Assembly: GCA_043826565.1 (NCBI GenBank) | Contig: JBDRPX010000003.1 | Span: 81,293-145,292, forward strand | Direction of reading: 5' to 3' | From: Candidatus Omnitrophota bacterium | Lineage (GTDB): Bacteria; Omnitrophota; Gorgyraeia; B26-G9 | Length of the DNA stretch: 64,000 bases | In this document: positions 25,550-35,812 of the stretch, piece after piece | Layout: each line of letters begins with the position of its first letter | How positions within the stretch are numbered: the stretch's first letter is position 1 | Position numbers and translations under genes: made by a program | The notes under the pieces: generated by a model | Seen by the model: only the letters and a program-made list of their open reading frames with translations | Told to the model about the DNA's origin: nothing | Databases searched by the model: none

Positions 25550-26652
25550 TGAAAAAGATTATTTTTATAACTCGTGAAAGTGCGGATATGCCGGCAGTGA
25601 GAATTCGCTGTTATGGATTTGCCGGTTATTTGCAAAAAGCGGGATTCCTGGCAGAAATTTTTTCTTATGCGGATGATCTGGGCGCAAAGACTGGTAAAGA
25701 GGAACATTTTCTTCGTGTGCGGGATAAAGTGAGATTGAATATTATGGCTTTTACCCGTCTTGTCCGGGAAGAGGAAGCAATTATTTTTTTGCAGCGGTTT
25801 AATTATCATTCGTTTGCTCCGCTTCTGATTAAATTCCTGAAAAAAACGCCATTGATTTTTGATTTAGATGATTGGGAAGCACGGGAAAAAACAAAATACT
25901 ACTTAGGCGATATCCCCAATTCTAAAGCCGAGCTGGGCATGCGCATTGTCGCTAAACATAGCCGGTTGTGTATCGGTGCGAGCAAATTTCTCGTTGATTT
26001 TTTGTCCGGATATAATGAGAATGTCAGCTATATTCCTACTGGAGTTGATACTGGTGTTTTTGTGCCTCAGGGCAATGGTTTGCCAAAAAATAAGATAATC
26101 TTATCCTGGCTGGGGACAATGCACCGGCTGGATAATGTGGAAAATATAAAATTTTTAGTTAAATGTTTTGAACAAGTAAGCCAAAGCCGGGATAATGTTC
26201 GGCTGGAAATTACCGGAGACGGGTTGTATAAAGAGCAGGTGCGGAAAATAGTAGAGTTATCCAATAATAAACATATTGTACTTAACTCCTGGATAAAACC
26301 CGGCAATATCCCGCAATATATGCAAAAGGTCGATATCGGAGTTATGCCGCTTATTCAAAATACAAAATTCAATAAAGCTAAGAGTCCGACGCGGCTTTTT
26401 GAATATATGGCAATGGGAAAACCGGTGGTTGTCAGTAATATCGGTGAATGTTCAAATATTATTAAAAATAACCATAATGGTATTGTAACTGATTCAAAAG
26501 ATGATTTTATCACCGGGATGAAAAGGCTTATAGAAAATAGAATTCTTTGCAAGACGATAGGTTCTAATGCCCGGAAAACGGTAGAGAAAGAATATTCTTG
26601 GGAAATTTTAGGTAAAAGATTAGTAGAAGCAATAAATAAGATAAACCTGTAG
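25549..26652 (+). CDS. GT4-family glycosyltransferase
   Basis: 'RLFEYMAMGKPVVVSNIGE' E-x7-E region. 367 aa. Confidence 0.65.
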   Translation: MKKIIFITRESADMPAVRIRCYGFAGYLQKAGFLAEIFSYADDLGAKTGKEEHFLRVRDKVRLNIMAFTRLVREEEAIIFLQRFNYHSFAPLLIKFLKKTPLIFDLDDWEAREKTKYYLGDIPNSKAELGMRIVAKHSRLCIGASKFLVDFLSGYNENVSYIPTGVDTGVFVPQGNGLPKNKIILSWLGTMHRLDNVENIKFLVKCFEQVSQSRDNVRLEITGDGLYKEQVRKIVELSNNKHIVLNSWIKPGNIPQYMQKVDIGVMPLIQNTKFNKAKSPTRLFEYMAMGKPVVVSNIGECSNIIKNNHNGIVTDSKDDFITGMKRLIENRILCKTIGSNARKTVEKEYSWEILGKRLVEAINKINL

Positions 26653-26673
26653 GGACAGGCCTTGTGCCTGTCC
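26653..26673 (+). terminator. Intergenic GC-rich hairpin (8-bp stem, 5-nt loop) directly after the stop
   Basis: ggacaggc-cttgt-gcctgtcc, flanked by a gggaca direct repeat. Confidence 0.35.
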
Positions 26674-26685
26674 GGGACAAAAATT

Positions 26686-28152
26686 ATGAAAATTGTTATT
26701 GCGAATTCCATAGGTGTAGATAAAAACGGATATTACATAATCCATTCTCCCAGTAGGTGGTCAGAAGGAGTGAAAAACAAGCATCATTGGTTTGCTTATT
26801 ATCCCTGGGAGCTGGCTTATCTATCCGGCTTACTTAAAAGAGAAACAAAGCATGATGTTCGTTTTTTGGACGGATGCCTGGAAAAATTGGATCTTAGAGA
26901 ATATTATAAGCGGATTACAGCTCAGAAACCGGATATTTTAGTAATGGAAAGCGCGACCAGAATGATTGATGAAAATATCCGCTTAGCTGTTGATATTAAG
27001 AAGGCTTTAGGCACAAAATTGATTTTTGTCGGGCAGCATGCAAGTGTATTTCCGGAACAGTTAATAGAAAAAGGAATAGATTATGTGTGTGTAGGTGAGT
27101 ATGAATATACAGTACTTGAAATCGTGCAGGGTAAACTAAAAAATAATATTCCGGGCCTTTATCCGAATGAGCGCAGGCCTTTGCTGGATATAAACGATTT
27201 GCCGTGGCCGGAAGACGAGGATGTTAGCCGGCTCGATTATGCTCGTCCGGGAGAACCAAGCTCGGAATTTATGGAAATCCAGATGTATGGTTCCCGGGGA
27301 TGTCCGATGACATGTAATTTTTGTGTCGCCCGGCATATTTACTATAATCAGCCTAATTGGCGTCCCCGTAAGGTTAAGGATATTATTGCTGAGATCAAGT
27401 ATCTTAAAACTAAATACCCGGCTATGGAAGGAGTATTTTTTGATGAAGAAGCCCATAATGGAAAGAAGGAATTTTTACTGGAATTATGTAGTGGGATACT
27501 TGCCGCGGGATTAGAAGGGTTGCATTATGAAGCAATGTGTGATGTCCGTTTTCTGGACCGGCAAGTTTTAGCGGCAATGCAAAAGGCCGGTTATTATAAG
27601 ATTCGAGTGGGAATTGAAACTGCGAGTGAAAATATAATGCGGGGAATTAATAAAATAATTGATATAAATATTCTTCGGCAGCGTTTGTCCGAAGCTAAGG
27701 AATTAGGGATTAAGACGTATGGAACATTTACCTTTGGGGCTTTAGGTTCAACGGAAAAAGAAGATACTAAGACTATTGTATTGATTAAAGATCTTATTGA
27801 AAATAATCTTTTAGATAATCTGCAGGTTTCTATTTGTACTCCTGCGCCGGGTACGCCATTTTTTGATATTGCTCAAAAAGAAAATTTCTTACGCCGGGAT
27901 TTAGGCTTTGCTGAATATGACGGCGGTAATTTTTCCGTAGTTAACTATCCGGGTTATGACTGCAAAAAAATTCAAGCTATGAAAAATAAGGCTGTGGCCA
28001 CCAGAGATCATTTCTTTTTAAAGTCAAAGATAAAGAACCGGAAATTTTCTGATTGGAGTATTGATATATACCAGCGCTATGGGATAATCGGATTTTTTGC
28101 TAAGGCCTGGCGCAGATTGCTTAGGGAATTGAGGTATCAGATATGGAGGTAA
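26686..28152 (+). CDS. B12-binding-domain radical SAM protein
   Basis: Start re-assigned to ATG 26686 ('MKIVIANSIG'), because the ORF-track start lies inside the hairpin. 'QMYGSRGCPMTCNFC' CxxxCxxC. Confidence 0.75.
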   Translation: MKIVIANSIGVDKNGYYIIHSPSRWSEGVKNKHHWFAYYPWELAYLSGLLKRETKHDVRFLDGCLEKLDLREYYKRITAQKPDILVMESATRMIDENIRLAVDIKKALGTKLIFVGQHASVFPEQLIEKGIDYVCVGEYEYTVLEIVQGKLKNNIPGLYPNERRPLLDINDLPWPEDEDVSRLDYARPGEPSSEFMEIQMYGSRGCPMTCNFCVARHIYYNQPNWRPRKVKDIIAEIKYLKTKYPAMEGVFFDEEAHNGKKEFLLELCSGILAAGLEGLHYEAMCDVRFLDRQVLAAMQKAGYYKIRVGIETASENIMRGINKIIDINILRQRLSEAKELGIKTYGTFTFGALGSTEKEDTKTIVLIKDLIENNLLDNLQVSICTPAPGTPFFDIAQKENFLRRDLGFAEYDGGNFSVVNYPGYDCKKIQAMKNKAVATRDHFFLKSKIKNRKFSDWSIDIYQRYGIIGFFAKAWRRLLRELRYQIWR

Positions 28153-29024
28153 GTGTAATTATCGTAACCTGGAATGCCGAGAAGTTTATCAAAGATTGTC
28201 TGGAATCTGTTTTTAGTCAAAGTGTTCGGGGTATTGAGATAATTGTTGTTGATAACGGATCATCTGACGGAACTCTGAGAATACTTAAAGGCTATTTGCC
28301 GCGGTTGCAGCTTATTGAAAACAAAGAGAATAAGGGGTTTTGCGAGGCTAATAATCAGGGGTTTAATAAGGCTGCCGGGCATTATATAATGACATTAAAC
28401 AGTGATATCGCACTTGATAAAGATTATATTAAGCACTTAATTGATTCTTTAAGATTACGCAAGGAAGTCGGCATGGTCCAGGGAAAATTTCTGCGTATGG
28501 ATAAGACAACAATTGACAGCTTAGGCTTGAGTCTTTCTCCGGCAATCCGATTATATAATATTGCCGAAGGCCGGCCGGATGGGCCTCAATTTAAGAAAGA
28601 AAAAGAAATATTCGGGCCTTGTGCGGCGGCGGCATTATATAAAAGAGAACTTGTCGAGGATGTCAGTTATGCCGGGGAATTTTTTGACAATAATTTTTTC
28701 TATCTTGTCGAGGATTTTGATGTTGCCTGGCGGGCAAGAAGAAAAGGATGGAAAGCAATGTATGTTCCCCAGGCTATATGTTATCATTATCGTAGTAGTG
28801 CCGCGCATCCTTCGGTTTTTAAGCAATATCTTTCCTTTCGCAATAGATATTTTTTGCTTATAAAGAATGCGGGCATAAAAACATTACTTATGGGGATCCC
28901 TTACTTTTTAGTTTATGATTTACCTCGAGTGTTGTTTTTGCTTTTTAAAAATCCTTATACAATAAAGGCGTTAGCGGAAATCAAGGGGCTTTGGCCGGAA
29001 TTATTAAAGCGGCGCCGTCAATAA
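28143..29024 (+). CDS. GT2-family glycosyltransferase
   Basis: 'VSVIIVTWNAEKFIKDCLESV'. 'VVDNGSSDGT'. 'MTLNSDIAL' (DxD-like region). Confidence 0.7.
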   Translation: MEVSVIIVTWNAEKFIKDCLESVFSQSVRGIEIIVVDNGSSDGTLRILKGYLPRLQLIENKENKGFCEANNQGFNKAAGHYIMTLNSDIALDKDYIKHLIDSLRLRKEVGMVQGKFLRMDKTTIDSLGLSLSPAIRLYNIAEGRPDGPQFKKEKEIFGPCAAAALYKRELVEDVSYAGEFFDNNFFYLVEDFDVAWRARRKGWKAMYVPQAICYHYRSSAAHPSVFKQYLSFRNRYFLLIKNAGIKTLLMGIPYFLVYDLPRVLFLLFKNPYTIKALAEIKGLWPELLKRRRQ

Positions 29025-29036
29025 CGGAAATTAAAA

Positions 29037-30137
29037 ATGAAAAATATTACGAGAAGAGAATTTTTAAAAAATACCATAGGCTGGGGAGCAACATTAGCAT
29101 ATGCGCAGGCTTTACCGTCTTTTTTATATGCTGATAGCGATCCCAGTACGGTAGCGATTGCCAAAGGTGGGGATGTGACCAAAGTTACGGAACAGGCTTT
29201 AATGAATATCGGCGGAATGTCTGCAGTGGTAAATCCGGGGCAAAGAGTATTTATAAAACCGAATTATATTGCCGGTGGTTTTATGGGGCATGATCCGGTA
29301 TTATCCGGAGAGATCCCGCATCCGGAAGTAGTCGCAGCTTGTGCCAGAGAATGTGTGAAAGCCGGGGCGAAACAGGTTATTATCGGGGAATGGTTTGAGC
29401 GCCCGTTAACTATTGAATGGGGAGGTAAACCGGGAAAATCCGGGGCTCAGATAGAAAAGCTTATAGAAAAAATTAATAAAAAATTTGGGCAAAAGGTAGC
29501 GCTTGTTGATCTTAGAAAGCATACTGGTTCATTTTTATATGTTCCTTCGCAGACTAAGCTTGGTTGGCTGGCTATTCCTAATCTGGTTGCGGAAGCTGAT
29601 GTGATTATTTCCGTAGCGGTACTAAAGACACATCATTATCCCATACCGGTTACTTTTGGTATGAAAAATTTTGTGGGGATCATGCCGTCTATATTATACG
29701 GAGAACCACGCATGAAACTTCATGAAGCCGGGATAAGCGAGGTTGTCGTGGATATAACTAAAGGGATTAGGCCCAAACTTACGGTACTTAGCGGAGTTTA
29801 TGGCATGGAGGGAGAAGGTGTGGTGGTCTCATTTGGCGGGGAGCCGGTTGATATTGCTCAACGGATCGGCGGGTGCTTAGTGATTGCCGGGTGTGATCCC
29901 ATAGCTACAGATGCTACGGCAACGCGTCTTATTACAAAGAACTGGCATCCTCGGCCGAAAGATGAAGATCTGGGGGTCCCCTGGTATGTGAAACATCTGC
30001 GGTTAGGGCATCAGCAGGGACTCGGACAGATAAGAAAGTCGAAAATTATTGTTAAAGGTCAAAGTCTTGATCAAGTAGCTATGGATTGGAAGATGCCTAA
30101 GAATAATACTTATCCGGAATTGCCCGGGTTTGTTTGA
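29037..30137 (+). CDS. DUF362-like domain protein with Tat signal peptide
   Basis: 'MKNITRREFLKNTIGWGATLAYAQA' (twin-arginine RREFLK). The rest resembles DUF362 (recalled from memory; not verified). Confidence 0.45.
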   Translation: MKNITRREFLKNTIGWGATLAYAQALPSFLYADSDPSTVAIAKGGDVTKVTEQALMNIGGMSAVVNPGQRVFIKPNYIAGGFMGHDPVLSGEIPHPEVVAACARECVKAGAKQVIIGEWFERPLTIEWGGKPGKSGAQIEKLIEKINKKFGQKVALVDLRKHTGSFLYVPSQTKLGWLAIPNLVAEADVIISVAVLKTHHYPIPVTFGMKNFVGIMPSILYGEPRMKLHEAGISEVVVDITKGIRPKLTVLSGVYGMEGEGVVVSFGGEPVDIAQRIGGCLVIAGCDPIATDATATRLITKNWHPRPKDEDLGVPWYVKHLRLGHQQGLGQIRKSKIIVKGQSLDQVAMDWKMPKNNTYPELPGFV

Positions 30138-30219
30138 AATATTAAAAGCTTTTCAGTTCGCAAACTGCTGTGCTAATATAATTGTTTGCAATGTGTTAAT
30201 AAAGAAGTGAGTATTTTAT

Positions 30220-30771
30220 ATGAAAATTTTTAGGGCAAGTATTATTGCATTGTTTTTGGTTTTGCTGGCAGTTTCCGGGACTTTAGCCGAGCCGCAAAGC
30301 TATTCCTTTGCGGCAATCAAGGCTAATGGGGCTTGGGATAAAGCGAAGATAGATGATCGGGAAGCTATTATTACAGATAAAGCCAAAGCAAATGCATATA
30401 TTAAAATTGAAGTTCCCCAAGACGGTATTTATCAATTGTATATAGGTTTGTATCATAACTGGAGGAAGTTTTGCCCTTATTTATATGTTGAGGCTGTAGA
30501 TAGTAATCGTAAAAAGTTTTCCGGATATGTCTACTCAGAGCCGCGTTGGTATATGGAAAAAGGTCAGGGCAGATGGGAATTCCGTTCGCCCAGCGCGACC
30601 CCTTTTTGGCGGCTGACAAAAGGGGAAATGAAGATAAAATTTTGGCTGGTAGCGATGAATTCATGTTGGGAGCATAAAGAAGTGGAAGTTGAAGATCTCG
30701 TGGCTGTGGATGAATTTGTCTTAATACCGTTTAACGAAAATACAAGAATACAATATAATATAATAAGATAG
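30220..30771 (+). CDS. Secreted hypothetical protein (183 aa)
   Basis: Signal peptide 'MKIFRASIIALFLVLLAVSGTLAEP'. No recognisable motifs. Confidence 0.4.
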   Translation: MKIFRASIIALFLVLLAVSGTLAEPQSYSFAAIKANGAWDKAKIDDREAIITDKAKANAYIKIEVPQDGIYQLYIGLYHNWRKFCPYLYVEAVDSNRKKFSGYVYSEPRWYMEKGQGRWEFRSPSATPFWRLTKGEMKIKFWLVAMNSCWEHKEVEVEDLVAVDEFVLIPFNENTRIQYNIIR

Positions 30772-30782
30772 GTTACTGATTT

Positions 30783-32183
30783 ATGCGTATTGCACTGGTA
30801 TTTCCAAATTACGGACATAAAGTATTCTCTGAAAATCTTAAATTTGTGGATGAGGAATTTTGTCTTGCCCCGCCAATAATATTAGCCTATATCGCGGCTA
30901 TTCTCGAGAGGCATGGGCACGAAGTAATGCTTCTGGATATTCGTGCGCTTGCTTTAACTAAAGAAGAAGCGTTGAAGAAAATCAGAGAGTTTAACCCGGA
31001 AATGCTTGGGTTCAGGGCCGAAACATATCATTTTTACGATGCCCTGGCCTTGATAAAATATCTGAAAGCTAATCTTAAAATACCTGTTTTTACCGGAGGA
31101 GTCAATATGACATTGTATCCCCGGGAGACCATAGAACATGAGGAGATAGATTATGGGATAATCGGGGAAGCAATTGAATCTTTGCCCAAAATGATCAGAG
31201 CTCTGGGAAGAAGAGAACAATTAAAGGGGATTCCGGGAGTTGTCTATAAAAGTAAAACCGGAGGGATTATTATTAATCCGGCATCTAATGAATTGGCGGA
31301 TTTTAATGAATATCCTTTTCCGGCAAGGCATCTTCTTCCTAATGAAAAATACTATTCTTTTATATCTCAGAGAAAAAACTTTACTTTGATGCTTAAGAGT
31401 ACCGGATGTCCTTTTAAGTGCAGTTTTTGTGCTATCCCGAATGCCTACAGATTTCGTTCGCCGCAGAGTGTAATTAAAGAAATAGAAGTTTGCTATAATG
31501 ATTTTAACATAAGAGAGATAGATTTTTTTGACGCGGTATTTTTTATGCCTCGGGAAAGCGTGCGGGAGTTATTTAGCCTTCTTAAAGAACGCAAACTAGA
31601 CTTGGAATGGTCTTGCCGTTCGCGGGTAGACATTGTTGATGAGGTAATTTTGAAAGAGGCCGCGGAAGCCGGGTGCCGGCAGATTTATTTTGGGATTGAA
31701 TCGGTAGATCAGAATGTTCTTAATAGCATAAATAAGAATGTCAGCCCGGATATGGTCAAACGTACGATTAACTTATCCCGGGATTATGGGATAAAAACTA
31801 TGGGGTTTTTCATGGTCGGGAATGAAAAAGATACTGCTGAGAGCGTAAGGAAAAGCATAAAATTCGCTAAAGACCTCAAACTTGATTTTGTCCAGGTTTG
31901 TAAGACAATCGCTAAGCCGGGAACGGAATTGCATAAACAGGTTAATGCCGCGACCGGTATAGATTTTTGGCAGAGACATCTACAGCAAGCTCCCCTTACC
32001 GAACGCCTGCCGGCGCCGTGGAGCAGTTTGACGGAAGAAAAAAAGACTTCTTTGACTAAAGAGTTTTATTTTAGGTTTTATTTCCGTCCGATAATTATTT
32101 GGAAAATTCTTTTAAGGTTAAAGTCATTTAGCGAGTTTAAAAGGTATTGTCGGGCGGCACTTAAATTTTTGAGGTTTTTATGA
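30783..32183 (+). CDS. B12-binding-domain radical SAM protein
   Basis: 'MRIALVFPNYGH...APPIILAYIAAILERHGHEVMLLD'. 'LKSTGCPFKCSFCAIP'. Confidence 0.8.
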   Translation: MRIALVFPNYGHKVFSENLKFVDEEFCLAPPIILAYIAAILERHGHEVMLLDIRALALTKEEALKKIREFNPEMLGFRAETYHFYDALALIKYLKANLKIPVFTGGVNMTLYPRETIEHEEIDYGIIGEAIESLPKMIRALGRREQLKGIPGVVYKSKTGGIIINPASNELADFNEYPFPARHLLPNEKYYSFISQRKNFTLMLKSTGCPFKCSFCAIPNAYRFRSPQSVIKEIEVCYNDFNIREIDFFDAVFFMPRESVRELFSLLKERKLDLEWSCRSRVDIVDEVILKEAAEAGCRQIYFGIESVDQNVLNSINKNVSPDMVKRTINLSRDYGIKTMGFFMVGNEKDTAESVRKSIKFAKDLKLDFVQVCKTIAKPGTELHKQVNAATGIDFWQRHLQQAPLTERLPAPWSSLTEEKKTSLTKEFYFRFYFRPIIIWKILLRLKSFSEFKRYCRAALKFLRFL

Positions 32184-33163
32184 AGGTAAAAGACAAATTT
32201 TTGTGTTTAGCCGCAATTGTTAAATGCCGGGTATTTGGTAAAGCCATACCTTTAGCTGTGCGTTTGCAGCTTACGAACCGATGTACTCTGCAGTGCAAAT
32301 ATTGCAAACTATGGCAGACGGAATCAAAAGAGTTGAATACGGCGGAAGTTTTTTCTTTATTAGATGAATTAGCAAAATTAGGCACGAAGAGAATATCTTT
32401 TAGCGGAGGAGAGCCTTTATTGAGAGAGGATATTGCCGAGATTTTTCGCTATGCGGGAACTAAGGGGATGTATTCGGAAATGAACTGTAATGGAACTTTG
32501 GTTAGCCGGAATATCGAAAAACTCACAGATCTGGATTTTCTTAAACTTAGCTTAGATGGGCCCCCGGAAGTTCATGATTTTTTAAGGGGGAAGGGCTCTT
32601 ATGAAAAAGTTATCGAGGCTGCGGATATCTGTAAAAAAAAGGGGATTAGGTTTGGGTTTGCGACAACATTGACAAAATATAATATTGATAAATTAGATGA
32701 GATTTTAGCAATAGCTAAAAAATATGAGACGATTGCTGCGTTTCAGCCGATTAAAAAGCTCTATAGAGGAATATCGGATATTTCGGAACTCTCCCCGGGG
32801 GAAAAAGAATTTAAAATAGCGATAGAGAGATTAATTATTACAAAACGTTCGGGAAACAAAAATATTAGAAACTCTTTGCGCGGTTTGCAGCATATATATG
32901 ATTGGCCAAGATATGAAAAACTAAGATGCTGGGCCGGCAAGATATTCTGCATAATTGAAGCTAATGGAGATGTGATGCCCTGTGACCGGATAAGTTACAA
33001 TAGTAAACTGCCGAATTGCTTGGAACCCGATATGAAGCAGGCTTGGGCAATACTTCCTGCGGTGGTTTGTTCCGGCTGCGGTTTTTGCGGTTCTCTGGAA
33101 TTGAATTACTTAATGTCTTTTAAACCGGGGATATTAGGATCAATAAGAAAGATCTTGGGTTAA
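32180..33163 (+). CDS. Radical SAM/SPASM protein
   Basis: 'LQLTNRCTLQCKYCKLW'. 'SFSGGEPLL'. C-terminal 'CWAGKIFC...MPCDR...CSGCGFCG'. Confidence 0.8.
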   Translation: MKVKDKFLCLAAIVKCRVFGKAIPLAVRLQLTNRCTLQCKYCKLWQTESKELNTAEVFSLLDELAKLGTKRISFSGGEPLLREDIAEIFRYAGTKGMYSEMNCNGTLVSRNIEKLTDLDFLKLSLDGPPEVHDFLRGKGSYEKVIEAADICKKKGIRFGFATTLTKYNIDKLDEILAIAKKYETIAAFQPIKKLYRGISDISELSPGEKEFKIAIERLIITKRSGNKNIRNSLRGLQHIYDWPRYEKLRCWAGKIFCIIEANGDVMPCDRISYNSKLPNCLEPDMKQAWAILPAVVCSGCGFCGSLELNYLMSFKPGILGSIRKILG

Positions 33164-33177
33164 ATATTCCGGCAAGA

Positions 33178-34215
33178 TTGAGAATAAAAAAGATGAACAT
33201 GATGTTATTGAATAAGCTGTCTTTGGGACTGAAAACAGTTAAAGCCAGACTAACCAATGAGAGAATTCCTCTAGTAGTAAGTTTTGCCGTTACTTACCGA
33301 TGTAATCGGCATTGTCAGTATTGTAATTGGCCTACTGCAGATTGTGAGGAACTTAGTTTTCATCAGGCAAAGGAAGTTCTGGATAAGCTGGTTATTTTGG
33401 GGGTTAAGAGGCTGCAATTTACCGGGGGAGAACCGTTTTTAAGAAAGGACATGGCTGAGCTAATAAGTCACGCTAAAAATAAAAATATAAATATATTTGT
33501 TTGCGTGAATTCCAACGGTAAGGGGGTTCCTGAAGCATTAGAGAGAATCAAAGCTGTTGATATGGTGTGCTTAAGTATCGAAGGCCCGGAGGAAGTTCAT
33601 GATGCTATCCGGGGTAAGGGGTCTTATCAGGAAGTAATCTGTGCGGCGCAGGCGGTGCGTAAGAACAAGATCAGGCTCAAATTTACGTCTACGTTGAATA
33701 AGTTAAATATAAGTAGTGTTGAATATCTGCTTGGTTTTGCGCGGCGTTTTGATACTAAGGTTAGTTTTCAGATACTGGATACTTACTGCTTGGGGAGTAA
33801 GCAGGAAAATCCTTTATTGCCTAATTCCCTGGAAGTGAAACGTGTTTTGCAGGATTTGCTGAGATTTAAAGGTGATCCTGACTATGGCCGGTTCATTGGT
33901 AATTCCCGGATTGGTTTATTGAATTTGCAGGGCAGAAAGGCACAGTCATTTTCTCGCTGCGCGTCAGGACGAGTGCTTTTTCGGGTTACCCCTAACGGTT
34001 ATATGTATCCTTGTGCGGCGGCAACATTTAAAGGCAGTGGATTGGAAAATTACGCTATTGATCTTGCGCATACCGATGTTAAAGAAGTGAAAGATAAATT
34101 GCGGGCTTTTCACTATACTGATTTATCGTGCCGGTGTGCTTGTACGAACAGAATCGAGGTTAATTTACTCTGGAATTTTAATATCGGTTCATTGATCGAT
34201 ATCATTGGTTTGTAG
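33178..34215 (+). CDS. Radical SAM/SPASM protein
   Basis: 'VTYRCNRHCQYCNWP'. 'FTGGEPFL'. C-terminal 'CASGRV...YPCAAA...LSCRCACT'. Confidence 0.8.
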   Translation: MRIKKMNMMLLNKLSLGLKTVKARLTNERIPLVVSFAVTYRCNRHCQYCNWPTADCEELSFHQAKEVLDKLVILGVKRLQFTGGEPFLRKDMAELISHAKNKNINIFVCVNSNGKGVPEALERIKAVDMVCLSIEGPEEVHDAIRGKGSYQEVICAAQAVRKNKIRLKFTSTLNKLNISSVEYLLGFARRFDTKVSFQILDTYCLGSKQENPLLPNSLEVKRVLQDLLRFKGDPDYGRFIGNSRIGLLNLQGRKAQSFSRCASGRVLFRVTPNGYMYPCAAATFKGSGLENYAIDLAHTDVKEVKDKLRAFHYTDLSCRCACTNRIEVNLLWNFNIGSLIDIIGL

Positions 34216-34221
34216 GCCGAA

Positions 34222-35790
34222 TTGTTGTTTTTTAAAATGGGGAAAAATATATCTATGCCTAAAAAACAGATAAATGTCGTATTATTAAGCATTCTTCTAC
34301 TTGCTTTTGTTGTCCGGGTATTCAAGCTTGATATTACAGGTTTTTGGCTAGTAGAAGCAAAAATTGTAAGTTTTGCCAAACACAGCTGGAGTGAGTTGTT
34401 TGGATTTACTTTGATGTATCGTCCGGTTTATTTGCTGCTGGCAAAGCTATGGATAGGAGTAGTTGGCACAAAAGAGGTGATGGTCCGTTTACTGCCGGTT
34501 ATTTTAGGGACTGGTACTGTGGCGGCTATTTATTTATTAGCTAAGGAACTGTGGAACAAGAATGCCGGGGTTTTTGCGGCGTTTATTATGGCGGTATCTT
34601 GCGTACACGTTGTTTTTGCCCGGGAAGCAAGAGCCGATTTTATCTTAATGACTTTACTGGTTATGTTTTCTCAGTTAATGATGCTTCGTATTTTTAAAAA
34701 AGACAGGTTAAACGAGTACTTTTATCTTTTTTTTATTAATGTGCTTATTTTGTTCACTAATCCTTACGGTGTTTTTTGGATCATAACCCAGCAGGTTTGC
34801 TATTTTGTTTATTCTAAAAAAAATGATAATAAACGATGGCTGCTTACTACAACTATAATATCTTTTGTTATTATATTATGGTATTTTTTTGTGCTTTCAT
34901 ATTCTCCGGAGATAGGTATTAGCTGGTTTAAATCTCCGGCGGTTAAAGACATTTTTAATACGTATGAGGCTTTTTCTTGCGGCGGAGCAAAATTAAAAGG
35001 CACCGGTTTTGCTTCATTGCCCGGGGCATTTAATATGGTTATCCCGCGAATCTTAATGTTGGTGTATACATTATGTTTTGTTGGGGAAGTGTTCTTTTCT
35101 TCTGTAAATTATAAAAAAAATATGCTGATTTGCTGGCTTGTCATACCCATAGTTTTGGCTTATGGGTATTCTCGGATTTTTACACCTATATATATGTACA
35201 GATATCTTCTTTTTGCTTCCCCGGCGTATTATTTGCTGGTAGCCAGATTTTTAACCACCTTAAGATTAAAATTACGTTCTGTTTTTATAATAATAATTGT
35301 ACTTCTTTCTTTTTTTACATTAAGTAACATTTATAAGATTGACAAAGAACAAGCAAAAGGATTTAGGGAAGGGATTGCCTTTCTGAAGGAAAATATCAAA
35401 GAAGGAGATACTATTATTATTTGTCCGGCTGAGATGTTGACTGTTTTTATGTACTATTACGATTATGATAATCCGAAAATTTTAGGTCGCATTGATGACG
35501 AGCTTGGATTGAAAACTAAGGAAGAATGGGTTCTTGATTTTTTCTATAAAGGGAATCGTATCATTGGTATTCCGTTTAGTTTGCTGGAGGATTTTTCGCA
35601 AGATTATGATTTTGAATCGCTCTCATTCGCTCAGGAGAGCAATATTTGGTTTGTAAATAGCCCGGATTGGCCATTGAATGAAAATGCTGTTTTCTTAGCA
35701 CAGTTTTTTAAGAATAGATATATAACAAAGGAAGACCGGTTTTTTGATTATCATGGTTTTTATATAAAACATTTAACTTTAGATGAGTAA
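34222..35790 (+). CDS. Polytopic membrane protein, GT-C-like (family 39-like)
   Basis: 522 aa with ~12 hydrophobic segments plus a C-terminal soluble domain. Confidence 0.45.
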   Translation: MLFFKMGKNISMPKKQINVVLLSILLLAFVVRVFKLDITGFWLVEAKIVSFAKHSWSELFGFTLMYRPVYLLLAKLWIGVVGTKEVMVRLLPVILGTGTVAAIYLLAKELWNKNAGVFAAFIMAVSCVHVVFAREARADFILMTLLVMFSQLMMLRIFKKDRLNEYFYLFFINVLILFTNPYGVFWIITQQVCYFVYSKKNDNKRWLLTTTIISFVIILWYFFVLSYSPEIGISWFKSPAVKDIFNTYEAFSCGGAKLKGTGFASLPGAFNMVIPRILMLVYTLCFVGEVFFSSVNYKKNMLICWLVIPIVLAYGYSRIFTPIYMYRYLLFASPAYYLLVARFLTTLRLKLRSVFIIIIVLLSFFTLSNIYKIDKEQAKGFREGIAFLKENIKEGDTIIICPAEMLTVFMYYYDYDNPKILGRIDDELGLKTKEEWVLDFFYKGNRIIGIPFSLLEDFSQDYDFESLSFAQESNIWFVNSPDWPLNENAVFLAQFFKNRYITKEDRFFDYHGFYIKHLTLDE

Positions 35791-35812
35791 AATAAAGGGA
35801 TATTAAGTTTCT

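Noticed and set aside
30138-30219. Internal promoter/operator (gcaaac-18nt-gtttgc around 'taatataat') upstream of the secreted-protein gene
   Set aside because: The -35 element is poor and the inverted repeat is only 6 bp. It is plausible but not supportable without transcript data.
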